Below, piece by piece: positions 1 through 8,887 of a stretch of 64,000 nucleotides of DNA (the stretch's first letter is position 1; each line of letters starts with the position of its first letter). Below the pieces are notes generated by a model. It searched no databases and had not been told where the DNA came from. It saw only the letters and a list, made by a program, of their open reading frames with translations. Origin of the DNA: a virus. Its lineage: Duplodnaviria > Heunggongvirae > Uroviricota > Caudoviricetes. A program made the position numbers and the translations under genes. The stretch is from positions 15,648 through 79,647 of IMG/VR virus record IMGVR_UViG_3300049988_000008. The stretch is one strand, 5' to 3'.

Positions 1-1368
1 GGTATCGCCAAGACGACTGTGATGGGTGAGTACTTGTTCTTGTTCATTGCGACCTATGGTGAATTGCCAGGGTTCGGCAAGGTGGACTTGGCACTGTATG
101 TGTCCGACTCCATTGAGAACGGTGTGAAGAACATGCGGAAGAACTTGGAGTTTCGATACGACAACTCCGACTTTCTGAAGCAGTGGGTGCCGTATTCGCA
201 CTTCACGGACATCCGTTGGGAATGGCGCAATCTGGATGGCAAGACATTCATTGTCAAAGGTTATGGTGCGAAGACGGGTGTGCGGGGTGCCAAGGAAATG
301 GGTACTCGTCCGCAGTTGGCTGTGCTTGATGACTTGATCAGCGATGAGGACGCACGTAGTGCGACCGTGATCGCAGCTGTTGAGGATACTGTGTACAAGG
401 CAGTTGAGTATGCACTACATCCTAAACATAACATGATGATCTGGTCTGGTACGCCGTTCAATGCAAAAGACCCACTGTACAAAGCAGTTGAGTCGGGGGC
501 GTGGGCGGTCAACGTGTTCCCTGTATGTGAACAGTACCCATGCACGGAAGAAGAGTTCCGTGGCAGCTGGCCTGACCGATTCACGTATGAGTACGTGAAG
601 CATCAGTATGATAAGGCCGTGAAGCTGGGTAAAGTCGAGACGTTCAACCAAGAGTTGATGCTGCGAATCATGTCGGATGAAGATCGTCTGGTGATGGACA
701 GTGACATCCAGTGGTACAAGCGTGAAGCGGTAGTACGCAACAAAGGGAAGTTCAACTTCTATATCACGACCGATCTGGCAACCAGCACCAAGCAAGCTGC
801 TGACTATCAGTTCATCAGTGTGTGGGCGTACAACAACAATGGTGATTGGTTCTGGGTGGATGGCGTATGCAATCGTGCCGGTATCAAGAGTTTCTGGGAT
901 GACTTGTTCCGATTCGCTCAGATATATCGACCAGTGGGCGTGGGCCTTGAAGTGACTGGCCAACAGGAAGGATTCATTCCTTGGCTTCAGGAACAGATGA
1001 TGGACCGGAACGTCTACTTCAATCTGGCTTCGGACAACAACTCCAACAAGCCAGGACTGCGACCAAACACGAACAAGCTGCAACGATTCCTCACTGTGGT
1101 GCCACTGTTCAAAATGCACAAGATGTTTTTCCCTATTGAGATGAAGACGCATCCTGCCATTGCTGAACTCATGAATGAACTGAGCTTGGCATCCCCTGCC
1201 GGGTTCAAGTCCAAGCATGATGATGGTATTGACACTGTGTCTATGTTGTCATCCATGAAAGCATGGAAGCCATCGGAAGAAGTTCCACTGTCACAAGACG
1301 GGGACAAGATGTGGGAAATTGAAGCCCATGATCAAGATGTCAGCCGTATCTCTTCGTATATCGTATAA
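1..1368 (+). CDS. terL: Terminase large subunit, C-terminal (nuclease) part. The 5' end is truncated by the window edge.
   Basis: ORF 19..1368 is in frame with nt 1-18 and has no upstream stop, so the gene begins before the window. It sits at the start of the head module, directly upstream of portal, as in N4-like phages. The Asp-rich C-terminal region is consistent with a terminase RNaseH-like nuclease fold. Call is by inference. Confidence 0.6.
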   Translation, partial: GIAKTTVMGEYLFLFIATYGELPGFGKVDLALYVSDSIENGVKNMRKNLEFRYDNSDFLKQWVPYSHFTDIRWEWRNLDGKTFIVKGYGAKTGVRGAKEMGTRPQLAVLDDLISDEDARSATVIAAVEDTVYKAVEYALHPKHNMMIWSGTPFNAKDPLYKAVESGAWAVNVFPVCEQYPCTEEEFRGSWPDRFTYEYVKHQYDKAVKLGKVETFNQELMLRIMSDEDRLVMDSDIQWYKREAVVRNKGKFNFYITTDLATSTKQAADYQFISVWAYNNNGDWFWVDGVCNRAGIKSFWDDLFRFAQIYRPVGVGLEVTGQQEGFIPWLQEQMMDRNVYFNLASDNNSNKPGLRPNTNKLQRFLTVVPLFKMHKMFFPIEMKTHPAIAELMNELSLASPAGFKSKHDDGIDTVSMLSSMKAWKPSEEVPLSQDGDKMWEIEAHDQDVSRISSYIV

Positions 1369-1377
1369 GGGTAGTCT

Positions 1378-2124
1378 ATGAATCTTCAGGAAATCTTCGA
1401 GCAACTCACTGCTGGTGAGTTCTCACAACTGGCCATCGGTGGTCTGGAACGGGGCGTCATTGCCCCATCCAACTACAAGACTGTGATGGCACATATCAAT
1501 CTTGGCTTGACTGCACTGTATCGCCGGTTCCCTCTGAAGGAGGGGCATATCAAGCTGGACTTGCAACCGGGACTGCATACTTATCCACTCAAAGCTGTGT
1601 TCGCTACGAACAATCGTCGGTCGAGTGAACCGGTACGGTACATCATTGATAGTGCAGTTGCGCCATTCCAAGATGACATCCACAAGATCGAACGTGTGGT
1701 GACCATGGCAGGTTACAACCTTGGCTTGAATGATGTCTCTGACAAGAACAGCTGTCATACACCGAACATGCATACGTTGGTCATTCCTGACAGCGTGGTG
1801 ACACAGACCTCGCAGACGCCTGAGTACCTCAAGGGTGAACTGTTGGATGTGTACTACCGGGCAAACCACCCAATCCTCAGCATTCCCATTGGCTACTTCG
1901 AACCAAAACGAGTAGAGATTGAACTGCCGTACTCTCACTTCGAAGCGTTGCTGTACTTCATCGCGTCTCGTGCAAATAACCCTATCGGGATGAGTGATGA
2001 GTTCCATGCTGGCAACAACTATGCTCAACGGTATGAGGCTGCATGTCAGGAGCTTGAACGTCTGGGTATGCGTATTGATGTGGGTCAGCAGAGCCATAAG
2101 TTTGAAGGTAAAGGCTTTGCATGA
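1378..2124 (+). CDS. Hypothetical virion protein. By position it corresponds to the N4 gp67 slot between terminase and portal.
   Basis: 248-aa ORF with ATG at 1378, 10 nt after the terL stop. It is co-oriented in the structural operon. Confidence 0.5.
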   Translation: MNLQEIFEQLTAGEFSQLAIGGLERGVIAPSNYKTVMAHINLGLTALYRRFPLKEGHIKLDLQPGLHTYPLKAVFATNNRRSSEPVRYIIDSAVAPFQDDIHKIERVVTMAGYNLGLNDVSDKNSCHTPNMHTLVIPDSVVTQTSQTPEYLKGELLDVYYRANHPILSIPIGYFEPKRVEIELPYSHFEALLYFIASRANNPIGMSDEFHAGNNYAQRYEAACQELERLGMRIDVGQQSHKFEGKGFA

Positions 2125-2192
2125 TTGAAGTCCCTTTACACGGGGAAACAATGTAGTGATAATGCCGGAGGACAACTTACCTCCGGCATACA

Positions 2193-4298
2193 ATGATTGA
2201 ACTCAATAAACAGTCAGACCCTTCGGCTCCACAGCCACTAACGGATTGGTCGAACGAGCCAAAGCTCCGTGACCTCAAGCAGCATCTGGAAGATGCTCGC
2301 CCTATCCACAACACCCAAGTGAGCAAAGTCGATGAGTGGATTTCCCACCGTGATGTCACTGGCGCAGCCGCTCCAAAGAAAGTTAAAGGGCGTTCGAACG
2401 TACAGCCTAAGCTCATTCGCAAGCAAGCCGAATGGCGCTATCCCGCACTAAGTGAACCATTCCTGAGTACGAGTGACGTGTACAACGTCTCGCCCGTATC
2501 CTGGGAAGATCGAGACGCAGCTCGACAGAATGAGATGCTGATCAACCATCAATTCAATACGAAGCTCGATAAGGTCAAGTTCATTGACACTTATGTTCGT
2601 ACAGCCGTGGATGAAGGTACGGTCATCATCCGTGTAGGTTGGGAGTTCCGCGAAGAAGATGTGGAAGAAGAACAACCAATTGTTGAGTTCCACTTCGATC
2701 AGTCGTTCGCACCACAACTGCAACAAGCTCAAATGCTGATGCAGCAATCGCCAAGCCAGTTCGCTACTGATGTGCCTGAAGTCATGAAGCAGGCTTTGGA
2801 TATCTCGGCCAAGGAAGGTTATCCATACCGTCCAGTGGTTACTGGTTCGCAGATGGTTACTCGTACCAAGACGGTACGTAATCAACCGACTGTGGAAGTC
2901 TGTGACTACCGCAACGTGGTCATTGATCCTACGGCCATGGGTGATATCAGCAAAGCCAACTTCGTTATCTACAGCTTCGAGTCGTCGCTGTCAGACTTGA
3001 AGAAGGATGGTCGATACAAGAATCTGGAACAAATCGAACCTACGATGAACTCGCCTCTGGCTGAGTTGGATCATTCGTCTGAGATTGCATCAACGAACTT
3101 CAACTTCAGTGACAAGCCACGTACCAAGTTCGTGGTGTATGAGTACTGGGGTTACTGGGATATTGATGGTGATGGTATCGCTGAACCAATCGTCGCTGCA
3201 TGGGTTGGTAATGTGATGATCCGTCTGGAAGAGAATCCATATCCAGACAAGCAAGTCCCATTCGTCTTGGTTCAGTATCTCCCAATCCGTCGCTCGAACT
3301 ATGGTGAACCAGATGGTGCACTCCTGATCGACAACCAGAAGATCACTGGTGCACTGACTCGTGGCATGGTTGACCTGATGGGTAAGTCAGCGAACGCGCA
3401 ACAAGGCGTACGCAAGGACGCACTCGATACAGTCAATCGTCGCAAGTTCGACAACGGTGAAGACTTCGAATACAACCCAGGTTCCAATCCAGCAGAAGCA
3501 TTCTGGATGGGTAAGTTCCCAGAGATTCCAAACTCTGCACCGCTCATGCTTCAGATGCAACATCAGGAAGCAGAGTCGTTGACTGGTGTAAACAGCTTTG
3601 GCAAAGGCATCACAGGTAACTCCCTTGGTGATGTAGCTGCTGGTGTACGTGGTGCACTGGATGCAGCATCCAAGCGAGAGACTGCCATCCTTCGACGTTT
3701 GGCTTCAGGCATTGTCGAAGTCGGTCGCAAGATCGTTGCAATGAACGCACAGTTCCTTAGTGAAGAAGAAGTCATCCGGGTTACCAACGAAGAGTTTGTG
3801 AAGATTCGTCGTGATGATCTGGCTGGTAACTTCGACCTGAAGCTGTCGATCAGTACGGCTGAAGAGGACGACAGCAAAGCACAGCAACTGGCTTTCATCT
3901 TGCAGACCGTGGGTCCGAACACTGACCCTGAACTGAGCAAGATGGTACTGGGTGACATCTGTCGCCTACGTAAGATGCCTGATCTGGCACACAAGATCGA
4001 ATCGTATCAGCCTGAACCTGATCCTATGGCAGTGCGAGAGATGGAGCTTAAGCTGGCTCTGCTCGAAGCACAGATCGCTACGGAAAATGCTAAAGCTGCG
4101 TCGCTCGGTAGTGGTGCACAGTTGAACTCGGTGAAGGTAGGTACTGAAGTCGCTAAGACCAAGGAACTGGAAGCCAAAGCTGACAAGACGAATCTTGACT
4201 TTGTTGAACAGGAATCGGGTACGACTCAAGAGCGAGAGAAGGAATTGATCGAACTTGCTGCTGAAGTCAAGCCGAAACCTGCTGCACCAAAGAAATAA
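2193..4298 (+). CDS. Portal protein
   Basis: 701-aa ORF between terminase and scaffold/capsid. Size and position match podovirus portal proteins. The C-terminal coiled-coil and acidic tail are typical. Confidence 0.65.
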   Translation: MIELNKQSDPSAPQPLTDWSNEPKLRDLKQHLEDARPIHNTQVSKVDEWISHRDVTGAAAPKKVKGRSNVQPKLIRKQAEWRYPALSEPFLSTSDVYNVSPVSWEDRDAARQNEMLINHQFNTKLDKVKFIDTYVRTAVDEGTVIIRVGWEFREEDVEEEQPIVEFHFDQSFAPQLQQAQMLMQQSPSQFATDVPEVMKQALDISAKEGYPYRPVVTGSQMVTRTKTVRNQPTVEVCDYRNVVIDPTAMGDISKANFVIYSFESSLSDLKKDGRYKNLEQIEPTMNSPLAELDHSSEIASTNFNFSDKPRTKFVVYEYWGYWDIDGDGIAEPIVAAWVGNVMIRLEENPYPDKQVPFVLVQYLPIRRSNYGEPDGALLIDNQKITGALTRGMVDLMGKSANAQQGVRKDALDTVNRRKFDNGEDFEYNPGSNPAEAFWMGKFPEIPNSAPLMLQMQHQEAESLTGVNSFGKGITGNSLGDVAAGVRGALDAASKRETAILRRLASGIVEVGRKIVAMNAQFLSEEEVIRVTNEEFVKIRRDDLAGNFDLKLSISTAEEDDSKAQQLAFILQTVGPNTDPELSKMVLGDICRLRKMPDLAHKIESYQPEPDPMAVREMELKLALLEAQIATENAKAASLGSGAQLNSVKVGTEVAKTKELEAKADKTNLDFVEQESGTTQEREKELIELAAEVKPKPAAPKK

Positions 4299-4381
4299 TT
4301 ACTTCACGAAAACTAGAAACTGCTTTATAGTAGCGCCAAAGCAGTTTCTATTACCTTACAGAAAGCACTGGTAGAACTAAG

Positions 4382-4726
4382 ATGAACTCAACCCAATATC
4401 AAATCGCTAAACTTGAACGTGACGTGAAAGCGTATAAAGGTCAGATTGACCTTGGCAATGCGCTCGCTAATCTCCGTTCGAACCGCGACTTCAAGAAACT
4501 GATTGTCGAAGGTTACCTCAAGGACGAAGCAGTACGTCTCGTTCTGTCGAAGGCTGATCCAGCACTGCAAGAACCAGCTGCTCAAGCTGCTATCGACCGC
4601 GACATCAATGCAATCGCTGTCCTCAATCAATACTTCACCATCACTGCACAGAAAGCGGAAATCGCTGGCAAGCAGTTGAACGATGCAGAAGACCTGCGTG
4701 TTGAACTGCTGAAAGAGGATGAATAA
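4382..4726 (+). CDS. Hypothetical protein in the head module
   Basis: 114-aa ORF, alpha-helical and Ala/Leu-rich. Its ATG is preceded by 'actaaga'. Confidence 0.45.
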   Translation: MNSTQYQIAKLERDVKAYKGQIDLGNALANLRSNRDFKKLIVEGYLKDEAVRLVLSKADPALQEPAAQAAIDRDINAIAVLNQYFTITAQKAEIAGKQLNDAEDLRVELLKEDE

Positions 4727-4728
4727 AC

Positions 4729-6003
4729 ATGAAACGTATTGAAGACATGTCAGATGATGAGATTGCTGGTCTGAGTGCAGACCAAGTAGTCGCTCTGTCG
4801 AATGAACAATCAAATACCGGTGAAGACCGCCAAGAAGAAGAAGAGGTAGTCGTTCCTGCTACTGAAGCACAGAACGAAGTACTGAACGCTGAAGATGACA
4901 AGGCAGACGAAGTTGCTGCCGCTGCTGCGAAAGCCGATGATGAAGACAAAGCCGAACGTGAAGCACAAGCAGCTGCGGAAGCTGCGGCCAACGGTGCTGA
5001 AACTGGCAAGCCTGTCGATGAATCGAATGGCAAAGGTAAGCCGGCCACCGAAGTCAAAGCCGATAAAGCTCCAGCCAAAGCTGATCCAAAGGACAAACCA
5101 ACTGACGGGAAACCAGCTGATGCTGGAACTCCAGTTGTTGCTCCTGTCGTCCCGACTGATCTGACGAAGTTCCATGCTGAGATTACCAAGCCATTCAAAG
5201 CAAATGGTCGGGAAATCAAAGTTGAGAGTGTAGAAGAAGTTCGTCAACTGATGTCGATGGGCGCGAACTACAACAAGAAGATGCAAGGCATGAAGCCGCA
5301 TCTGGCCACTCTCCGCACGCTGGAAAACGCGAAGATTGGCGAAGAAGAACTTAACTTCTTGATCGACCTGCACAACGGTGTACCGGAAGCGATCAACAAG
5401 TTAGTGAAAGACCGTGGCATTGATCCTCTGGATATTGCCCCGGAAAAAGCAGCTGGCTATACGCCTACCAACCACAAAGCTTCTGACGCCGAAGTAGAGC
5501 TTGAGTCGGTGCTTGCTGATCTGGAAGGATCGGAAGCCCTACCAAAAACTCTCGATCTGGTAGCGAAGAAGTGGGACAAGGCAAGTAAGCAGATGATTGG
5601 TGAACATCCACAGATTCTGAAAGTCATCAACTCCCATATCGAATCGGGAATCTATGACTCAATCAGTGCCGAAGTGGATCGCCAACGGATGCTTGGTCAG
5701 CTGTCTGGTTTGTCTGATCTTGCAGCATACCGGCAAGTCGGTGATGCACTGAACGAGAGTGGGAAGTTTGCGACACAGAGTGAGAAGGCAGGCCAGCCAA
5801 CTACTCCGGTCCAACAAGCTCCTGCTGCTCCGGTGGTACATGCACCTGATCCGAAGAAGGCTGATGACGGCAAGCGCAATGATGCAAAACGCGCAGTAGC
5901 CCCGGTCAAGTCTGTAGCCCCTACGGCTGCAATCGCACCGGACTTCAACCCTCTGTCCTTGTCGGACGAGGATTTCGCCAAACAGTTTGGCGGCAAATTC
6001 TAA
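4729..6003 (+). CDS. Scaffolding-like protein (acidic, Ala/Lys/Pro-rich)
   Basis: 424-aa ORF immediately upstream of the major capsid gene. Composition is strongly acidic (EEEE runs, AAAA, KADK repeats), which is typical of scaffold proteins. ATG overlaps the previous stop region. Confidence 0.5.
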   Translation: MKRIEDMSDDEIAGLSADQVVALSNEQSNTGEDRQEEEEVVVPATEAQNEVLNAEDDKADEVAAAAAKADDEDKAEREAQAAAEAAANGAETGKPVDESNGKGKPATEVKADKAPAKADPKDKPTDGKPADAGTPVVAPVVPTDLTKFHAEITKPFKANGREIKVESVEEVRQLMSMGANYNKKMQGMKPHLATLRTLENAKIGEEELNFLIDLHNGVPEAINKLVKDRGIDPLDIAPEKAAGYTPTNHKASDAEVELESVLADLEGSEALPKTLDLVAKKWDKASKQMIGEHPQILKVINSHIESGIYDSISAEVDRQRMLGQLSGLSDLAAYRQVGDALNESGKFATQSEKAGQPTTPVQQAPAAPVVHAPDPKKADDGKRNDAKRAVAPVKSVAPTAAIAPDFNPLSLSDEDFAKQFGGKF

Positions 6004-6018
6004 TAGATAGGTAATTTT

Positions 6019-7194
6019 ATGCCAGGTATGCAATATAAAGGTGGTAACGAAGTCGGTAACGTTTCGACCATGGGCCATCAGCTTCAGACGTTCCTGTTCC
6101 AGAAACAGGCACTGATTGAAGTCGCCAAAGAACAGTACTTTAGCCAACTGGCTGACGTGACCTCGATGCCTAAGAACATGGGCAAGGTCATCAAAAAGTA
6201 CCACTACCTGCCACTGCTCGATGATGCCAACATCAACGATCAGGGTCTGGATGCCAGCGGTGCAGTCATCGCTAACGGTAACCTGTACGGTTCGAGCAAA
6301 GACGTAGGCACCATCAGCGGCAAGCTGCCTACCCTGACCGAGAACGGTGGTCGTGTGAACCGTGTTGGCTTCAAGCGTAAAGAGCTGGAAGGCACCTTCG
6401 AGAAGTTCGGTTTCTTCGATGAGTACACCCAGGAATCGATGGACTTCGATTCGGATGCTGATCTGGAAAAGCACATCACCCGTGAAATGGTGGCCGGTGC
6501 TAACGAGATGACCGAAGACGCGCTGCAAATCGATCTGCTGATGTCGGCTGGTGTTGTGAAGTACGCAGGTTCGGCAACTTCGAAAGCGTCCATCAACGGT
6601 ACTTCGCTGGTTTCGTATGAAGACCTGATGCACCTGTCGATCGATCTGGACAACAACCGTACGCCAAAGCATACGACCCAGATCACTGGCTCGCGCATGG
6701 TCGATACGAAGACCATCCCAGGTGCTCGTGTTATGTACGTTGGCTCGGAACTGATCCCGACCCTGAAGCGCATGAAAGACCTGCATGGTGATCCAGCATG
6801 GATTCCAGTCGAGAAGTACGCGGCTGCTGGTAATACCGTCCGTGGCGAACAAGGTGCAGTTGACCAGTTCCGTATCGTGGTTGTGCCTGAGATGCTGAAG
6901 TGGGCTGGTGCTGGTGCCTCGGCTTCGACTGATGCAACCTGCTACGAAACCAACGACAAGTACGACGTGTTCCCGATGCTGGTGATCGGTGATTCGAGCT
7001 TCACCACGATTGGTTTCCAAACCGATGGTAAGACCGTGAAGTTCACGATCTATCACAAGAAGCCAGGCGAAGGCGTTGCTGATCGTAACGATCCATACGG
7101 CGAAACCGGCTTCATGTCGATCAAGTGGTACTACGGCTTCATGGTCCTGCGTCCAGAACGTATCGGCCTGATCCTGACCGCTGCCAAGCTGTAA
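6019..7194 (+). CDS. Major capsid protein
   Basis: 391-aa ORF with N4 gp56-like size. It follows the scaffold gene. A strong Rho-independent terminator lies immediately downstream (7212-7245), typical of the most highly expressed late gene. Confidence 0.65.
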   Translation: MPGMQYKGGNEVGNVSTMGHQLQTFLFQKQALIEVAKEQYFSQLADVTSMPKNMGKVIKKYHYLPLLDDANINDQGLDASGAVIANGNLYGSSKDVGTISGKLPTLTENGGRVNRVGFKRKELEGTFEKFGFFDEYTQESMDFDSDADLEKHITREMVAGANEMTEDALQIDLLMSAGVVKYAGSATSKASINGTSLVSYEDLMHLSIDLDNNRTPKHTTQITGSRMVDTKTIPGARVMYVGSELIPTLKRMKDLHGDPAWIPVEKYAAAGNTVRGEQGAVDQFRIVVVPEMLKWAGAGASASTDATCYETNDKYDVFPMLVIGDSSFTTIGFQTDGKTVKFTIYHKKPGEGVADRNDPYGETGFMSIKWYYGFMVLRPERIGLILTAAKL

Positions 7195-7211
7195 TCAGCT
7201 GAAGTAAATAG

Positions 7212-7245
7212 GGGGAGAGGAAACTCTCCCCTCTCCCTAATCTTT
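7212..7245 (+). terminator. Intrinsic terminator after the capsid gene
   Basis: GGGGAGAG-gaaa-CTCTCCCC: an 8-bp GC stem with a GNRA loop, followed by tctccctaatcttt. Confidence 0.6.
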
Positions 7246-7257
7246 AAAGAGAACACT

Positions 7258-7866
7258 ATGTCGAACACCGAAAACCAAACCGAAGCAACTGAATCCGAAT
7301 TCGAATCGACCCTGCCAGCGGTCGATGAACTGACCAAGCTGAAGCAGCGTGCTGATCTGATGGGTATGAAATACCATCCGAACATTGGTGTTGAAGCTCT
7401 GCGTGCGCGCATCAATGCCAAGCTGAATGACGAACCTGATCCTGATGAGAAGGTTGCGCTGGCCAAGACTGAAGCTGCACCAGAAGTTGAGACGGAAGCT
7501 CAACTGCGTAAGCGCATGAAGGAAGAATGCACTGCACTGGTTCGCATCAATGTGACTTGCATGAATCCAGCCAAGAAAGAATGGGATGGTGAAATCTTTA
7601 CCGTTGGTAATAGTTTCCTGCCGACGCAGAAGAAGATGGTGCCATTCAATACGACTGAAGGTTTCCATGTACCGAAGATCATGTTCGATGTGATCAAAGG
7701 GCGTGAATGCCAAATCTTCTACACTGAGAAAGCCAAGAATGGCGTCAAGGTGCGTAAGGGTCGCCTGATTAAAGAGTTCTCGGTTGAAGTCCTTGATCCG
7801 CTGACACCAACGGAACTGAAGGAACTGGCACAACGCCAAGCAATGGCTGCTGGTCAATCGTCGTAA
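7258..7866 (+). CDS. Hypothetical virion protein (possible decoration/head protein)
   Basis: 202-aa ORF in the structural operon. Confidence 0.45.
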   Translation: MSNTENQTEATESEFESTLPAVDELTKLKQRADLMGMKYHPNIGVEALRARINAKLNDEPDPDEKVALAKTEAAPEVETEAQLRKRMKEECTALVRINVTCMNPAKKEWDGEIFTVGNSFLPTQKKMVPFNTTEGFHVPKIMFDVIKGRECQIFYTEKAKNGVKVRKGRLIKEFSVEVLDPLTPTELKELAQRQAMAAGQSS

Positions 7867-7880
7867 TCGGAGCCAGATAG

Positions 7881-8828
7881 ATGACCGACTTTCCTGCAAT
7901 GACCCTGAGTGACTTGACTGATGGCAAGATCGATGGCAATGGTGCCTTCGATAAGCTGATGCAAGCTACCAAAGCCCACTTGGATGCAGAATTCAAGAAA
8001 GGTGCAATCAAGGGTGCGGAATACTCTGAAGTCTATCTGGGTCAAGTACAAGCAGTCCTGAATACGGGTCTGCAATTCCTTTCGATCCGTCACAAGATTG
8101 CTCTTGAAGCTGAACTTCTGAGTACTCAGGTCGAACTGGCCAAAGCACAGCTGTTACAGGTTGGTGCACAAACTGAACTGGTTCGTGCACAGATCGAAGC
8201 AGCCAAAGTGGATAAGGTACTGACCGAAGCTCAAGCAGCTAAGGTCAATGCTGAAACACTGAACGTGCCAAAAGTTGGCTTGCAGATGGAGGCACAGACT
8301 GACAAGCTGATCACTGAGACGGCGAATGCTGTTAAAGAAGGCACTCTGTTGGTGGCCCAACTTGCTAAGGTTGAAGCTGAGACGCTGAACATTCCGAAGC
8401 AAGGTCTTCAGATGGATGCTCAGACTGATCTGACCAAGCAGCAAAAGGTCAATGAAGTCCAGCAACATGAAGTACTGGTTGCTCAAGAATGCCTGCTGAA
8501 ATCGCAGTTTGATGCTACCTCTGCCAGCACGATCAAGACCGGTGCGGAAACCACGCTTCTGAATCAGAAGACGGTAACTGAGAAAGCTCAAGTTTCTGGT
8601 TTGGGTGTTGACGCAGACAGTGTGGTTGGTCGTCAGAAGGAACTGTACTTGGCTCAGAAACAAGGCTTTACGCGGGATGCTGAACAGAAGGGTGCCAAGA
8701 TTCTCATTGACACGTGGAATGTTCGTCGCACTACCGATGATGGTACTGTGGCCGATGGTGTCAACATGCTGAACGATGCAACGATTGGTCGTGCAGTACA
8801 GGCACTGATGAAGGGTATCAATGCATAA
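7881..8828 (+). CDS. Virion structural protein with an internal duplication
   Basis: 315-aa ORF. Two tandem copies of the motif AETLN(V/I)PK(V/Q)GLQM(E/D)AQTD are present. The protein is coiled-coil-like. Confidence 0.5.
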   Translation: MTDFPAMTLSDLTDGKIDGNGAFDKLMQATKAHLDAEFKKGAIKGAEYSEVYLGQVQAVLNTGLQFLSIRHKIALEAELLSTQVELAKAQLLQVGAQTELVRAQIEAAKVDKVLTEAQAAKVNAETLNVPKVGLQMEAQTDKLITETANAVKEGTLLVAQLAKVEAETLNIPKQGLQMDAQTDLTKQQKVNEVQQHEVLVAQECLLKSQFDATSASTIKTGAETTLLNQKTVTEKAQVSGLGVDADSVVGRQKELYLAQKQGFTRDAEQKGAKILIDTWNVRRTTDDGTVADGVNMLNDATIGRAVQALMKGINA

Positions 8829-8846
8829 CGTAGGCCAGTAATACAT

Positions 8847-8870
8847 GGGGAGCCTCGGCTCCCCTTTTTC
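8847..8870 (+). terminator. Intrinsic terminator
   Basis: GGGGAGCC-tcg-GGCTCCCC followed by TTTTT. Confidence 0.65.
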
Positions 8871-8887
8871 GTATCTAAAGGAATGAC

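Noticed and set aside
5659-7056. 465-aa minus-strand ORF antisense to the scaffold and major capsid genes
   Set aside because: It lies entirely inside well-supported plus-strand structural genes. Its composition is Arg/Cys/His-rich and low-complexity. It has no SD or start context, and the operon runs in the opposite direction. It is most likely a frame artefact.
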